From Octopus vulgaris (taxonomy: Eukaryota): a stretch of DNA of 64,000 bases. The stretch spans positions 21,204,001 through 21,268,000 of the forward strand of contig OX597828.1 in NCBI GenBank assembly GCA_951406725.2, read 5' to 3'. A program made the translations under genes and the position numbers. The notes under the pieces were generated by a model. It was not told where the DNA came from and searched no databases. It saw only the letters and a list, made by a program, of their open reading frames with translations. Shown here one piece after another: positions 1-13,140 of this stretch (the stretch's first letter is position 1; each line of letters starts with the position of its first letter).

Positions 1-3000
1 GGCTTGTTTCCTCGACGACCTCAGATCACATGATATACATGTGATGGTTGCTACAGAGACCAAGCTGGACAGCCTACAAACCTTCTCGCCTCTCCTGAAT
101 GGCTACGAGAAAATCATGTCTCCTGGCCAGACCGGAGGGCGAGGGGGCGTAGTGGTACTGATCCGTAAAGACTTGGCTCTACAGACAAGTACAGTCTATG
201 TAGACCCAGAAGGTGGGCTGGTCGTCCTTGATGTGACATGCAGCAGTAAGGCCTTCAGGTTGATCGGACTCTATGCACCTTGTGCTAGAGGTTTCCAAAC
301 TGATTTTTATCGGCGCCTAGAGGGCTTTCTCGTGACGTCGAAGACTTTAGTGATATTAGGGGACTTTAATGCTATCGTTGACGTACACATCGATAGCGTT
401 GGCTCGATCTATAGGAAAGTGAACTCACGTCTCGTGGATCTGCTTAAGCGGTTTCAGCTGGCAGATCGTTACAGACTTGACCATCCGAACGTCCCAGAGT
501 GGACCTGGATGAGTGGCGACGGAAGGTTCAAGTCTTATCTAGACAGGATAGTGATAAAAACTAGAGATAAGTCTAGTTTTAGTTGTCCACAGCTCGTCCA
601 GGTACCCTATACTGACCATAGAATGGTCACGTGTAGACTGGACATAGATAGCACACTTAAGATAGGAACCGGCTACTGGAAGCTGAACAAGTCCATTTTG
701 ACACGCGAGGCATACCGTAGCCGGATTAAGGTGTTAGTGCAGAGGGCGTTAACCGGAGCCGTGGTTAATAACCGGTGGTGGTTCGTCCTCAAAAGAGCCA
801 TTCGATTCGAGTCCATTAGATTTAGTAAACAACTAAGACTAGATAGGGCTAGAATAGAAGGGCAACTAGTTAAGAACTTAGAGGAAGCGTTGAGGTTGGG
901 CTCTGCATCTCACATTTTAGCGGCGAGAACGGCATTAGACCGTCACCTCAAAACCAAACATGAGGGATGTAGAGTTCGGGCTAAAGTACGAGCATTGAGC
1001 CGTGAGGGAATTAATGTTGCCGGATGGGCCCGTACGATAGAAACACAGCGTGGAAACGATGCCACAATTGGGTCTCTTGTTGATGAAAACGGATGCACGA
1101 TCAAGAAGCGGGACGAGATGTGTGAGGCACTTCACAAGCACTTCGCCGAGTTGTTCGGGAGGTGCGGGACGCTGGATCATGGTGAGGCCCTTAGGGACTT
1201 CCTGTCTGGTGGCCCGCGCCTCTCGACACGAGAGGCTGAGTGCTGTGAAGGGCCAATCACAGCCGAGGAAGTAATCGAGGTGTTGGGCAAATGCCCCGGG
1301 GAGAAGTCGCCGGGTCTCGATGGTCTGCCCTATGAATTTTATAGAAGTATGCCAGACTTGTTCGGGCACCTGCTGGCTAGCGTCTACGCCAACTGGCAGC
1401 AGAATGGGAGAATTCCCAAGTCTGCGAGCCGGGGGGCGGTGACGTTGATCAGGAAGGACCCGAACAAGGGGGACGAGATAGGGAACTTCAGGCCCATAAC
1501 TCTGTTAAACACAGAGTTAAAGATTCTGGCCAAGGTGCTAGCAAAAAGGTTGGCGCGGGTCGTGGACAAACTTGTCGGGGAAGCGCAAACGTGCGCTATC
1601 CCCGGCAGAACGATCCACGACAATCTCCACCTTATACGCTACTCCTTAGAGAGGGTGGGGAAGCTTTCTGGCGCAGGGGGAGCACTGGTACATTTAGACC
1701 AGTCCAAAGCATTTGATAGGGTCGACCATCGGTACCTGGCGGCGGTCCTCGGAGAGGCTGGCCTAGGCCCGACCTTTCGAGGTTGGATCGCTGCTTTGTA
1801 TAGCGACATCGATTCTGTAGTCAAGGTGAACGGTTCCTTTTCGAAGCCGTTCAGGATCGAGCGTTCAGTTCGTCAAGGGTGTCCCCTGTCCTCGCTCCTA
1901 TACGTATTGGCTCTTGAGCCCTTGCTGCGGAAGTTAGAGGCACTAGGGGGCGCGCCGCATGATCTATGGTGTGGAAGAGGAGCTACGGCGTATGCGGATG
2001 ACACCTCCATCATCGTGGCAGACGAAGGCCAGCTTCCAGTGGTGGAAGAGGCCATCAAAAGCTACGAGGCGGTGGCAGGAGTAAAGGTTAACAAGGACAA
2101 GTCGGTCGGTTTGCAACTCGGCACCTGGAGGGGCAAGCCGATGCCGTCCAATAACGTCGTAGGGCGTTGGACGGAAGGTCCTGTTAAGCTGCTCGGAGTC
2201 TGGTTCGGGCCAGACCTCCAGATTGAGAAAAATTGGAGTGAGGTGGCCAACAAGGTGACCGCTCTAACCCAGACCTGGTCTGGGCGGGCGTTATCCCTGC
2301 TAGGGAAGGCGGAGGTGGTGCAGATGTTTATAGCATCAGTAATCACCTACCGTCTGACCGTGGTGCCTTGCCCCGATTTGTGGCTGAACAAGTTGGAGAG
2401 AATCCTTTTCCGATTTTTGTGGAAAGGAGGAAAGCCACTTGTAAAGCGCTCTGTCTGCTGCCAGAAACCGCTAAAGGGTGGGCTAGGGATGCCTTGGCTG
2501 AGGATACGAAAACTCGCGTTAAGGTTGAGGCACCTCTGGCTTTACCTGGATGGAGAGCAGGTGTGGTCGCCGCACGTCCGGTTCTACCTTCCCCAGTTAA
2601 CATCCCTAACGGACATCGGTGCATGGATCAAGCGGAGACCTAAACTGAGTGAATGGCATTTGGAGTGCCGTCAGGCGCTCCAGCTACTATCTCGGGTGGG
2701 CAACGCCGGCAACAGGAGTTCAACCACGGATTTCTATAGCGGGTTAGTGGAGATTAAGTCCGAAGACGCCTTGGGGGAGACCCTGGGCTACGATGAAAAT
2801 CAGTTGGTCAACCTGTTCCGGAGGACGTTCGGGCCGGTGTATCTGGATAATTACCAGAAATCCCTGGCCTGGCAGTGTTTCCGTGCGGCTTTACCTGTTC
2901 GCGACAAGCTGTCAAGGCACGTTAGTGCCGTCTCGCCGACATGCCCGCGATGTGAGCAGGATAGGGAGACCGTCTTGCACGCATTCGTGGAGTGTCCGGA

Positions 3001-3572
3001 GTTATCGGGACTGATAGCTTTTGTTGAACAACTGTTGTCAGTGATGGGAAGAGTACAGCTATCAGCTGAGTCTATCATCGAGATTGTGCCGCCCCCTTTC
3101 CTTAACAGGGAAAGAAAGGCTTGTTTTTTCTGTGTAGTAGCCATACTGAAAGAAACAGTATGGAAGACGCGTACGAAGGGTATAGTGACAAGCACCTTTG
3201 TCTCCGGCCAGGGGTTGATTAACTTTTTTAGTTACCACCTCAGTAGCAAAATCAGGCTGGAGAAGAGGTGTCTGTCACGAAATATGTTTGTGAAAAGATG
3301 GAAGCCTGTGGCATACAAGATGGGTATGTTTGGCACCAGGTAAGTGTGACCGGATCAGAAAGTAAAGGTTCTACCTGGATGGCTGGGTGTCCGTCCTTCG
3401 ACATGATCATTAATATTTTTAAACATTGCCTTCGTAAAATTCATTGTTTATAATCTTATCCGTAATTTCATTCGAAAATTGTAACTGTGTTAAGCTACTT
3501 CACCCTTTATATTTGTCTGTCCTTGTTTGTCCCCTCTTTGTAAATGCCTAAATGGCAAATTATATGAAATAA
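1..3572 (+). mobile_element. Tx1-like LINE family A, ORF2 plus ~230-nt 3' UTR ending GAAATA(A)
   Basis: The ORF is followed by a UTR ending tatatgaaataa, which abuts the internal part of a SINE head (agtagcttgctaacc). Confidence 0.9.
2..3343 (+). CDS. Tx1/L1-clade non-LTR retrotransposon ORF2 (APE endonuclease + reverse transcriptase + C-terminal CCHC zinc knuckle), family A; frame open from window start
   Basis: Over 1100 codons without a stop. APE motifs ATET, LGDFN, SYLDRI, TDH; RT motifs KSPGLDG, NFRPITLLN, DQSKAFD, RQGCPLS, AYADD; GYWKLN (Tx1/L1-typical); CPRC..HAFVEC. Frame 2 is open upstream of the called start (ACFLDDLRSHDIHV). Confidence 0.95.
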   Translation, partial: ACFLDDLRSHDIHVMVATETKLDSLQTFSPLLNGYEKIMSPGQTGGRGGVVVLIRKDLALQTSTVYVDPEGGLVVLDVTCSSKAFRLIGLYAPCARGFQTDFYRRLEGFLVTSKTLVILGDFNAIVDVHIDSVGSIYRKVNSRLVDLLKRFQLADRYRLDHPNVPEWTWMSGDGRFKSYLDRIVIKTRDKSSFSCPQLVQVPYTDHRMVTCRLDIDSTLKIGTGYWKLNKSILTREAYRSRIKVLVQRALTGAVVNNRWWFVLKRAIRFESIRFSKQLRLDRARIEGQLVKNLEEALRLGSASHILAARTALDRHLKTKHEGCRVRAKVRALSREGINVAGWARTIETQRGNDATIGSLVDENGCTIKKRDEMCEALHKHFAELFGRCGTLDHGEALRDFLSGGPRLSTREAECCEGPITAEEVIEVLGKCPGEKSPGLDGLPYEFYRSMPDLFGHLLASVYANWQQNGRIPKSASRGAVTLIRKDPNKGDEIGNFRPITLLNTELKILAKVLAKRLARVVDKLVGEAQTCAIPGRTIHDNLHLIRYSLERVGKLSGAGGALVHLDQSKAFDRVDHRYLAAVLGEAGLGPTFRGWIAALYSDIDSVVKVNGSFSKPFRIERSVRQGCPLSSLLYVLALEPLLRKLEALGGAPHDLWCGRGATAYADDTSIIVADEGQLPVVEEAIKSYEAVAGVKVNKDKSVGLQLGTWRGKPMPSNNVVGRWTEGPVKLLGVWFGPDLQIEKNWSEVANKVTALTQTWSGRALSLLGKAEVVQMFIASVITYRLTVVPCPDLWLNKLERILFRFLWKGGKPLVKRSVCCQKPLKGGLGMPWLRIRKLALRLRHLWLYLDGEQVWSPHVRFYLPQLTSLTDIGAWIKRRPKLSEWHLECRQALQLLSRVGNAGNRSSTTDFYSGLVEIKSEDALGETLGYDENQLVNLFRRTFGPVYLDNYQKSLAWQCFRAALPVRDKLSRHVSAVSPTCPRCEQDRETVLHAFVECPELSGLIAFVEQLLSVMGRVQLSAESIIEIVPPPFLNRERKACFFCVVAILKETVWKTRTKGIVTSTFVSGQGLINFFSYHLSSKIRLEKRCLSRNMFVKRWKPVAYKMGMFGTR

Positions 3573-3965
3573 AGTAGCTTGCTAACCAACCACATGGTTC
3601 CGGGTTCAGTCTCACTGCGTGGCATCTTGAGCAAGTGTCTTCTGCTATAGCCCCGGGCCGACCAATGCCTTGTGAGTGGATTTGGTAGACGGAAACTGAA
3701 TGAAGCCTGTCGTATATATGTATATATATATATAAGTGTGTGTGTATATGTTTGTGTGTCTGTGTTTGTCCCCCTAGCATTGCTTGAAACCGATGCTGGT
3801 GTGTTTACGTCCCCGTCACTTAGCGGTTCGGCAAAAGAGACTGATAGAATAAGTACTGGGCTTTCAAAGAATAAGTCCCGGGGTCGATTTGCTCGACTAA
3901 AGGCGGTGCTCCAGCATGGCCGCAGTCAAATAACTGAAACAAGTAAAAGAGTAAAGAGAAAAGAG
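3571..3965 (+). mobile_element. tRNA-derived SINE family 1 (central microsatellite, CR1-like 3' tail), first ~24 nt missing at the LINE junction
   Basis: Near-identical to the complete copy at 12721-13130 from aagtagcttgctaacc onward; B-box-like ggttcagtc; tail aagtaaaagag. Confidence 0.9.
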
Positions 3966-4167
3966 CATACTGAAAAATTGCTCTGTAAATAACTAAGAAA
4001 TGATTATGTCACGAAGTTCATAGTTCATAGTTCATCACCATCAGACTTCAATGCTGCCAACACATGCTGGTTTTCAAACAGTACAGATAACACAAGAGTT
4101 AAGATAATCGCATATCAATTAAAATCTCCATTACATACTAAATAATTTATATAGAACAACGAAGCCA

Positions 4168-4385
4168 ACTCTTTTACTCTTTTACTTGTTTCAGTCATTT
4201 GACTGCGGCCATGCTGGAGTACCACCATTAGTCGAACAAATCGACCCAAGGACTTATTCTGTGTAAGCCTAGTACTTATTCTATCAGTCTCTTTTGCTGA
4301 ACTGCTACGTTACGGGGTCCTAAACACACCAGCATCAGTTGTCAAGCGATGGTGGAGTGGACAAACGCAGACACACAAACATATA
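4168..4385 (-). mobile_element. SINE family 1, 3' half
   Basis: Reverse complement of the ccagcatggccgcagtcaaatgactgaaacaagtaaaagag tail and body. Confidence 0.85.
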
Positions 4386-4480
4386 CATACACATACATAC
4401 ATACATACATACATACACATACATACATACATACATACATACATACATACATACATACATACATACACATACATACATAC

Positions 4481-4511
<31 letters not shown>

Positions 4512-4526
4512 CATACATACATACGT

Positions 4527-4557
<31 letters not shown>

Positions 4558-5502
4558 AGAAAGAAGCAACAATTTTCTTCTTCTCCTTTTTCTATTTTCT
4601 TTTTTCTTTCTTTTCTTTTTTCTTTTTTCTTTCTTTTCTTTTTTCTTTTTTCTTTCTTTTCTTTTTTCTTTTCTTCTCTTTTCTTTTTTTCTTTTCTTTG
4701 CTCCACAACATTCCTTCAGCCTTTAGAAATTCTAACATAGCAGTTTTGTGAAGAGAACAGTAATGTGACAAATATCTTATCATATAGCATGAAATTATAC
4801 CCACCTCATTGTGGATTAACCATGGATAGATTCATCGTCTGTGAGTATGAAATACCTCCTCATATCTCTGGAAATTTACACCTACACTATGGATTGATTC
4901 ACCTTCTCTGTGAAGCTAATAACCTTTTTTTAAAACCTGTGATAAGACTGTGCATCATCATTAAATAACTTTGGAAGTCTGTTTACAACCTGAATCTGCT
5001 TTTTATGAAATTATCTCCAATACTTCATGAGTGTAGCCTCACCCACTAAGATGTTTGGAGAACTCATATGTGTTTTAGCTGATGAGTACGGGACACTTTT
5101 ATCTGCTGCAATATTTGCAACTTTTAATAAAGCCTGTCTTTGTATGAAACAATTATACTAAAAACTAATCCATTCTTGTTGCTTCTTTCTCGTTTATAAT
5201 CACCCCACATTACTGTATGGTTAACACCATATAGTTTTCTGGTGCATCTAAGTTAAGTACCGCATTCAAGTGAATTCATTAGAATTGATTTGAATCTTAA
5301 TTGCTTTTATATATATATATATATATATATATACATACACACACACGCTCACATACACTCACATTTATATATACACACACATATATACATGAACACACAC
5401 ACGCGCATGCGCAAGTGCAAGCGCACACACATATACGTTTAGCAGAAAAGAGAGTACTTAATACCATGATAGAGACTAATGCTACTTTAATTTTGGTGAC
5501 AA

Positions 5503-5550
5503 CTTGCCTGAAGATCCTTCAGGTTTACCGGTGAAACTCAGAGTAGCAAG
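5503..5550 (+). ncRNA. Type I hammerhead ribozyme motif (Penelope-like element type)
   Basis: cttgc-CTGAAGA-stem II-GAAA-ctc-a-gag-TA-gcaag: perfect 5-bp stem I, canonical core, GUA cleavage triplet. Stem II is weak. Confidence 0.65.
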
Positions 5551-5742
5551 GGGCTAACTCGACCAAAATATATGCGATATCAGCTGTCCACTTGCGATGG
5601 AGGAAGATCGTTATTAATCACAGCCCATGCAAAATTCCAACAATGCCCTGCTTGACGTACCACTTTTAAAAGTCTTAGGGAACCGTATTAATTTCAGCAA
5701 GAAATATTTAAATGTGGTTTTTATTTCATCGTCTGCTGCTTA

Positions 5743-5832
<90 letters not shown>

Positions 5833-5843
5833 CCTACCTACCG

Positions 5844-5921
<78 letters not shown>
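5743..5921. repeat. (TATC)n microsatellite
   Basis: Direct reading; further long arrays at 6805-6896, 7974-8076, 8458-8606, 46275-46427 and 46610-46730. Confidence 0.98.
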
Positions 5922-5922
<1 letters not shown>

Positions 5923-6804
5923 GGACCAGGGCCCATGGACAACTTCCAGAGATCCCTGGCCTGGCAGTGCTACCGAGAGGCGCTACCCGTTCGAGATAAG
6001 CTCTACAGACACGGCTCGAGAAACACGGGGCCGACCTGCCCGAGATGCGGTCAGAGCGACGAAACCGTTCGGCACCCACTCGTGCGGTGTCCAACAATTT
6101 CCGACCTGTGGGCTTGTGTCGAACGACTGCTGTCACGTGTGGGATAAGTCGGTTTATCAGCTGAGTCTATCGTCAATATTGTCACGCCTCCTTCCTTCAA
6201 ACGGGAAGGAAGAGCTATTTTCATCATCCTTGTGGCTATGGCGAAAGAATGTATCTGGGGGACGCGTCTGAAAGGATTGGAGACAAACACTTTCCTCTCT
6301 GGTCAATCTATCATTAACTTCTTCAAGTATCACTTGAAAAGGAAAGTGAGAGTAGAGAGGCAAGTTTTGTCTAGCGAATGTTTAAAAAGATGGGTGAATG
6401 TAGCAAGGATGGCACGTATGAATGACGAAGCCACCTTGAGCATAATCCTATGAACCCGGAAATTGAAAACAGAGGGTTACCTACTTGCAAACAAATGTGG
6501 TAACATGTAACAATATTGACTGAGGTTACCGTGGTCTTTTCCGTAGGCTTTTCTTCCCACGGATAAACCTTATCTGCTTCCCCCTTTACACTTTACATCA
6601 TGACACTGTGATACACGATCCCTATTGATCGTTTTGTTCTTTAATTTTTTTTCCTTTTTTTCTTATTTTTTTTCTTCTTTCCCTTTTACGATCCCTTTTG
6701 ATCGAAATCTACCCCACCATTTTTTTTCTTTCCCCGCAAAAGAAAAGCTCTACTTTGTAATCTGTCCCGTCTGTGTGCAGCACTGTGTGGCTAATAAAGA
6801 AACA
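5922..6804 (+). mobile_element. 5'-truncated Tx1-like LINE family B (decayed ORF2 C-terminus + 3' UTR)
   Basis: [29 protein letters not shown] is homologous to the C-terminus of the 1-3343 ORF; in-frame stop at 6145; ends ctaataaagaaaca. Confidence 0.9.
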
Positions 6805-6810
6805 TATCTG

Positions 6811-6896
<86 letters not shown>

Positions 6897-6915
6897 AATA
6901 CACACATACACACAC

Positions 6916-7026
<111 letters not shown>

Positions 7027-7034
7027 TTTATGTA

Positions 7035-8457
<1,423 letters not shown>

Positions 8458-8470
8458 TATCTATCCATCC

Positions 8471-8501
<31 letters not shown>

Positions 8502-8576
8502 CATCCATCTATCTATCTATCTATCTATCTATCCATCTATCTATCTATCTATCTATCTGTCTGTCTGTCTGTCTGC

Positions 8577-8608
<32 letters not shown>

Positions 8609-8767
8609 TTTTCTGTCTGTCTGGCTGTCTATACCTATATGTGTACACACACACACACACACACGCACACACACATCATATATATACATTCATACACACC
8701 CACACACACATATATATATCCATATACGGATACACAAACGAACATGCACACACATACATAAAAAAAG

Positions 8768-9085
8768 ACTCCGCCGGTTACGACGACGAGGGTCCCAGCT
8801 GATACGATCAACGGAACAGCTTGCTCGTGAAATTAACGTGCAAATGGCTGAGCATTCCACAGACACGTGTACCCTTAACGTAGTTCTCGGGGATAATCAG
8901 CGTGACACAGAGAGTGACAAGGCTGACCCTTTGAAATACAAGTACAACTCATTTTTGCCAGCTGAGTGGACTGGAGCAACGTAAAATAAAGTGTCTTGCT
9001 CAAGGACACAACGCGTCGCCGGGAATCGAACTCACAACCTTACGATCATGAGCCGAATGCCCTAACCACTAAGCCACGCGCCCTC
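8768..9085 (-). mobile_element. tRNA-derived SINE family 3 with CORE-like domain
   Basis: Minus strand: ggcgcgtggcttagtggttag (A box), gagttcgattccc (B box), gtccttgagcaagacacttta (CORE-like); related copy at 35831-36035. Confidence 0.85.
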
Positions 9086-9391
9086 ACTCATACATATATA
9101 CAATCGTATAAGCACACATTTATGCATATCTATATGTAGGAAGTATACACACACACCTCTTACGTACACATGCAGTACATATGCATACATGCATATATGT
9201 TACCTCACTCATTGCTTTATTCCCTCGTTCCTTATTACTCTTCTGCTATTTTTTTCATTCATTCAGCTTTTTCATTCACGTATTCTTTCCTTCCTTCCTT
9301 CCTTCTTTCCTTTCCTTTTTTTTCTTCTCTTTTTCAGAGACTAATTAAATTTTCTACTGAGGACATACAGACACAAATAAACATTCGTACG

Positions 9392-9468
<77 letters not shown>

Positions 9469-9829
9469 ATACACACAGATATAGAGAGACATAGTCATAC
9501 ACGTACACACATACACATACACACGCGCTCATATACACATACACTCACACCCATATACATACAAACACACATTGCACGCTCACAGATCTCTCTCTCTCTC
9601 TCTTTCTCTCCCTCTTTACACTCACATACTCATACACACACACACAAACACACACACACTCATTCACACATACGCACGCGCACATACACAAAAAAATGTT
9701 GAAAGAGAGGACGTAACCAGTACGGAAACGTTTCCTTCGTTTGTGAAACTTGCTTGGCCGACATCCCACCCTGCAGGTCCCCGTACCAACCCGCCTCCTT
9801 CTTCACTTTCTGTTTTATTTTTCCTGTTT

Positions 9830-9878
9830 ACCACCAGCGCCAGCACCATCACCATCACCATCATCATCATCGTCGTCG

Positions 9879-9951
<73 letters not shown>

Positions 9952-9985
9952 CATCATCATCACCATCATCATCACCACCATCACC

Positions 9986-10017
<32 letters not shown>

Positions 10018-10096
10018 AATCGTCATCATCGTCGTCATCATCCTCCTCATCATCATCATCTTCATCATTATCATCATCATCATCTTCATCACCACC

Positions 10097-10129
<33 letters not shown>

Positions 10130-10604
10130 TACATCATCATCATTATCATGGTCATCATTTTCGTCATCATCATCACCACCACCACCACCACCACCACCAC
10201 CTCCACCATCATCACCATCATCATCATTCTCATCCTCATCATCATCTTCATCATCATCATCATCATTCATCATCATCATCATCATCATCGTCATCACCAC
10301 CACCACCACCACCACCATCATCACCATCATCATCATTCATCATCGTCGTCGTCGTCGACATCGTCATCACCGCCACCACCACCTCCACCATCATCACCAT
10401 CATCATCATTCATCATCGTCGTCGTCGTCGACATCGTCTTCATCGCCGGGTGTCGTCGTCGTCCTTAGCGTGATCGTGATCATCATCATCATCGTGATCT
10501 ATGCCATCGTTGTCTTCACGTCGTTGTCGCTGTCGTCTTCATCATCATCATCATCATCATTGTAATCTGTATCGTCGTCGCCTTCATTGCCGGTATCATC
10601 GCTG

Positions 10605-10661
<57 letters not shown>

Positions 10662-10800
10662 CCGTCATCGTCATCGCCATCATCATCGTCATTGACGTCC
10701 TCGTCGTCGCCGCCGCCTATCGTTATCGCCTTTGCTGTTTTCGTTGTCTTCATCGTCGTCGTCGTCGTCGTCATTCCCACCACCACCACCACCACCATCA
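9830..10800. repeat. Degenerate (CAT/CAC/CGT)n trinucleotide repeat field
   Basis: Direct reading; produces spurious poly-H/I/S/D/M ORFs in all frames. Confidence 0.95.
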
Positions 10801-11159
10801 TTAACTGCTTCCACCTTTCTATCTCTGTCTATTTCCCCTCCTCTTTATCGCTAAGTTTAATGTTTTTCGTCTCCCAATAAATATCATTTTATATCAGTAA
10901 TACGAGAAATGGAAACCGAATCTTCTTCAGCTCCATACCCTTATCATCATCTTAAAACAAAGCAAAAGAAAAAAAACCAACAAACAAACAAACAAAAAAA
11001 AAAACAAACAAAAATATGACACTTTTAGTTTGACGCAGTCCTCAATAAATCATGCTGGAGAAGTCTTGGAAGTTGACCACACGAAAATACTTGCGTATGC
11101 TACTATATAATATATAAGGTTTTTGGAGATTAATCAGGTTAAGCAGGACTGAGGTCACA

Positions 11160-11299
<140 letters not shown>

Positions 11300-11470
11300 C
11301 TAAGTAATTAAGGGTTTAGCAACGATTTGCCTCACCACACACCGAATTTAGAAATAGCAGTCAAAGAGTTATGGTTATTCTTTCTACTTAAAAGGGAGAT
11401 CCCAGTAAAACCACAGCACTTAAATGGCAAACAACGCAGGCAAAAGAGAAAGAAATGACGACAATCATTC

Positions 11471-11551
<81 letters not shown>

Positions 11552-11652
11552 CAGAGTAAGCACATAAATGTGAAACAAGGTGGAAAAAATAGCACTCGAA
11601 TACCAGAGATAGAGTAATATGCTTTATTAAAAAGAAGCAATAAATATCACAG

Positions 11653-11696
11653 AAACTGTTACTCAGAGTTTCATGTTCCCGTTCGTCGTACAGTTT
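11653..11696 (-). ncRNA. Degenerate type I hammerhead motif in a Penelope-like fragment (11550-11715)
   Basis: aaactgt-ACGACGA-acg ggaa cat-GAAA-ctc t gag-TA-acagttt; 7-bp stem I; core deviates at positions 3-4. Confidence 0.55.
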
Positions 11697-11730
11697 TGTT
11701 TAGAATCTAAACAAAACTGTACGACTCTCT

Positions 11731-11793
<63 letters not shown>

Positions 11794-11859
11794 TCTATCA
11801 TTATAAACAAATAATCTGTGCAGGTTGTTCAGTAAAACGTGGGCACGTATACGTCGTCT

Positions 11860-12630
11860 TTGACAAGAAATTTTTATACTTTTATACGTTTCAGCCCCAA
11901 GGCAGTGCCCATGGTGGAGCACCACCCGTGTAATCACCATTTCAATGGTCAATCTTATGTGAGTGACTTTTGGTAAAGTGGGGAGTTCGACACTGCTGTC
12001 CTCTTTTGAGTTCCCTGCCTTGATCTTGGTTCATCTGAGATCTTGGATAGCAAGAAGTCAAGTTCTTTCTTGAAAACATCTAACCTCACTCCATCGAGAT
12101 CTCTCAAATGCTTTGGCAATGCGTTAAATAGCTGCGGGCCCTTAAATCCCAAGCTACTGCAGTACATGGTTCTCGCCTTAGATGAAACAGCTGGGGCTTT
12201 TGAAACAGTGCACGAGGTCTGGTATAACTCTCAGTTCCAAAGTTTGGTGCCAACTCCTCCAGTATTTTCCGCACATATATCACTGAATATCTCTCTCGTC
12301 TTCGCTCCAAGGAGTAGAGTCGTAGCTCTCTCAGTCTCTTCCAGTACCTCAGGTGTTCCCTTGATGCAATCTTCCTCGTGTAGCATCGCTGAACCGCCTC
12401 ATGTTCTGCTATTAATCCTACACTGTAAGGTGACCACAGCTGAGGGCAGTAGTCCAGACGGCTGAGGACAAATATCCGCCGTAGGACCAGTATAGTTTCC
12501 TTGTCCCTTGTTCTGAAGGTTCTCAGAATCTATCCGGCCATTCGCCTGCACACTGCCACCATCTTGGTTATATATGCATGTGAAAAGAGGCATCGTTGCT
12601 TATATCAATCCCGAGATCATGCACCGTATG
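11860..12630 (-). mobile_element. Decayed 3' fragment of a CR1-group LINE
   Basis: ERRRERYSVIYVRKILEELAPNFG and YCSSLGFKGPQLFNALPKHLRDL are homologous to the 3' end of the 55.4-58.3 kb element. Confidence 0.88.
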
Positions 12631-12632
12631 TG

Positions 12633-12720
<88 letters not shown>

Positions 12721-12723
<3 letters not shown>

Positions 12724-13130
12724 CGCAGGAGTGGCTGTGTAGTAAGTAGCTTGCTAACCAACCACATAGTTTCAGGTTCAGTCCCACTGCGTGGCATCTT
12801 GGGCAAGTGTCTTCTGCTATAGCCCCGGGCCGACCAATGCCTTGTGAGTGGATTTGGTAGACGGAAACTGAAAGAAGTCTGTCGTATATATGTATGTATA
12901 TATATGTATGTGTGTGTGTGTTTTTGTGTCTGTGTTTGTCCCCCTAGCATTGCTTGACAACCGATGCCAGTGTGTTTACGTCCCCGTCACTTAGCGGTTC
13001 GGCAAAAGAGACCGATAGAATAAGTACTGGGCTTACAAAGAATAAGTCCCGGGGTCGATTTGCTCGACTAAAGGCGGTGCTCCAGCATGGCCGCAGTCAA
13101 ATGACTGAAACAAGTAAAAGAGTAAAAGAG
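12721..13130 (+). mobile_element. SINE family 1, full length
   Basis: aggcgcaggagtggctgtg head, internal (TA/TG) tract, tail (agtaaaag)n; flanked by (TA)n. Confidence 0.92.
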
Positions 13131-13140
13131 TATATATATA

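Noticed and set aside
935-3195. Antisense and alternate-frame ORFs within the Tx1 ORF2
   Set aside because: Expected shadows of a GC-richer coding sequence.
4740-5300. Unique-looking segment, possible pseudogene
   Set aside because: No sustained ORF or recognisable motif.
9572-10880. Long poly-His/Ile/Ser/Asp/Met ORFs
   Set aside because: Trinucleotide repeat open in many frames on both strands; no splice or domain evidence.
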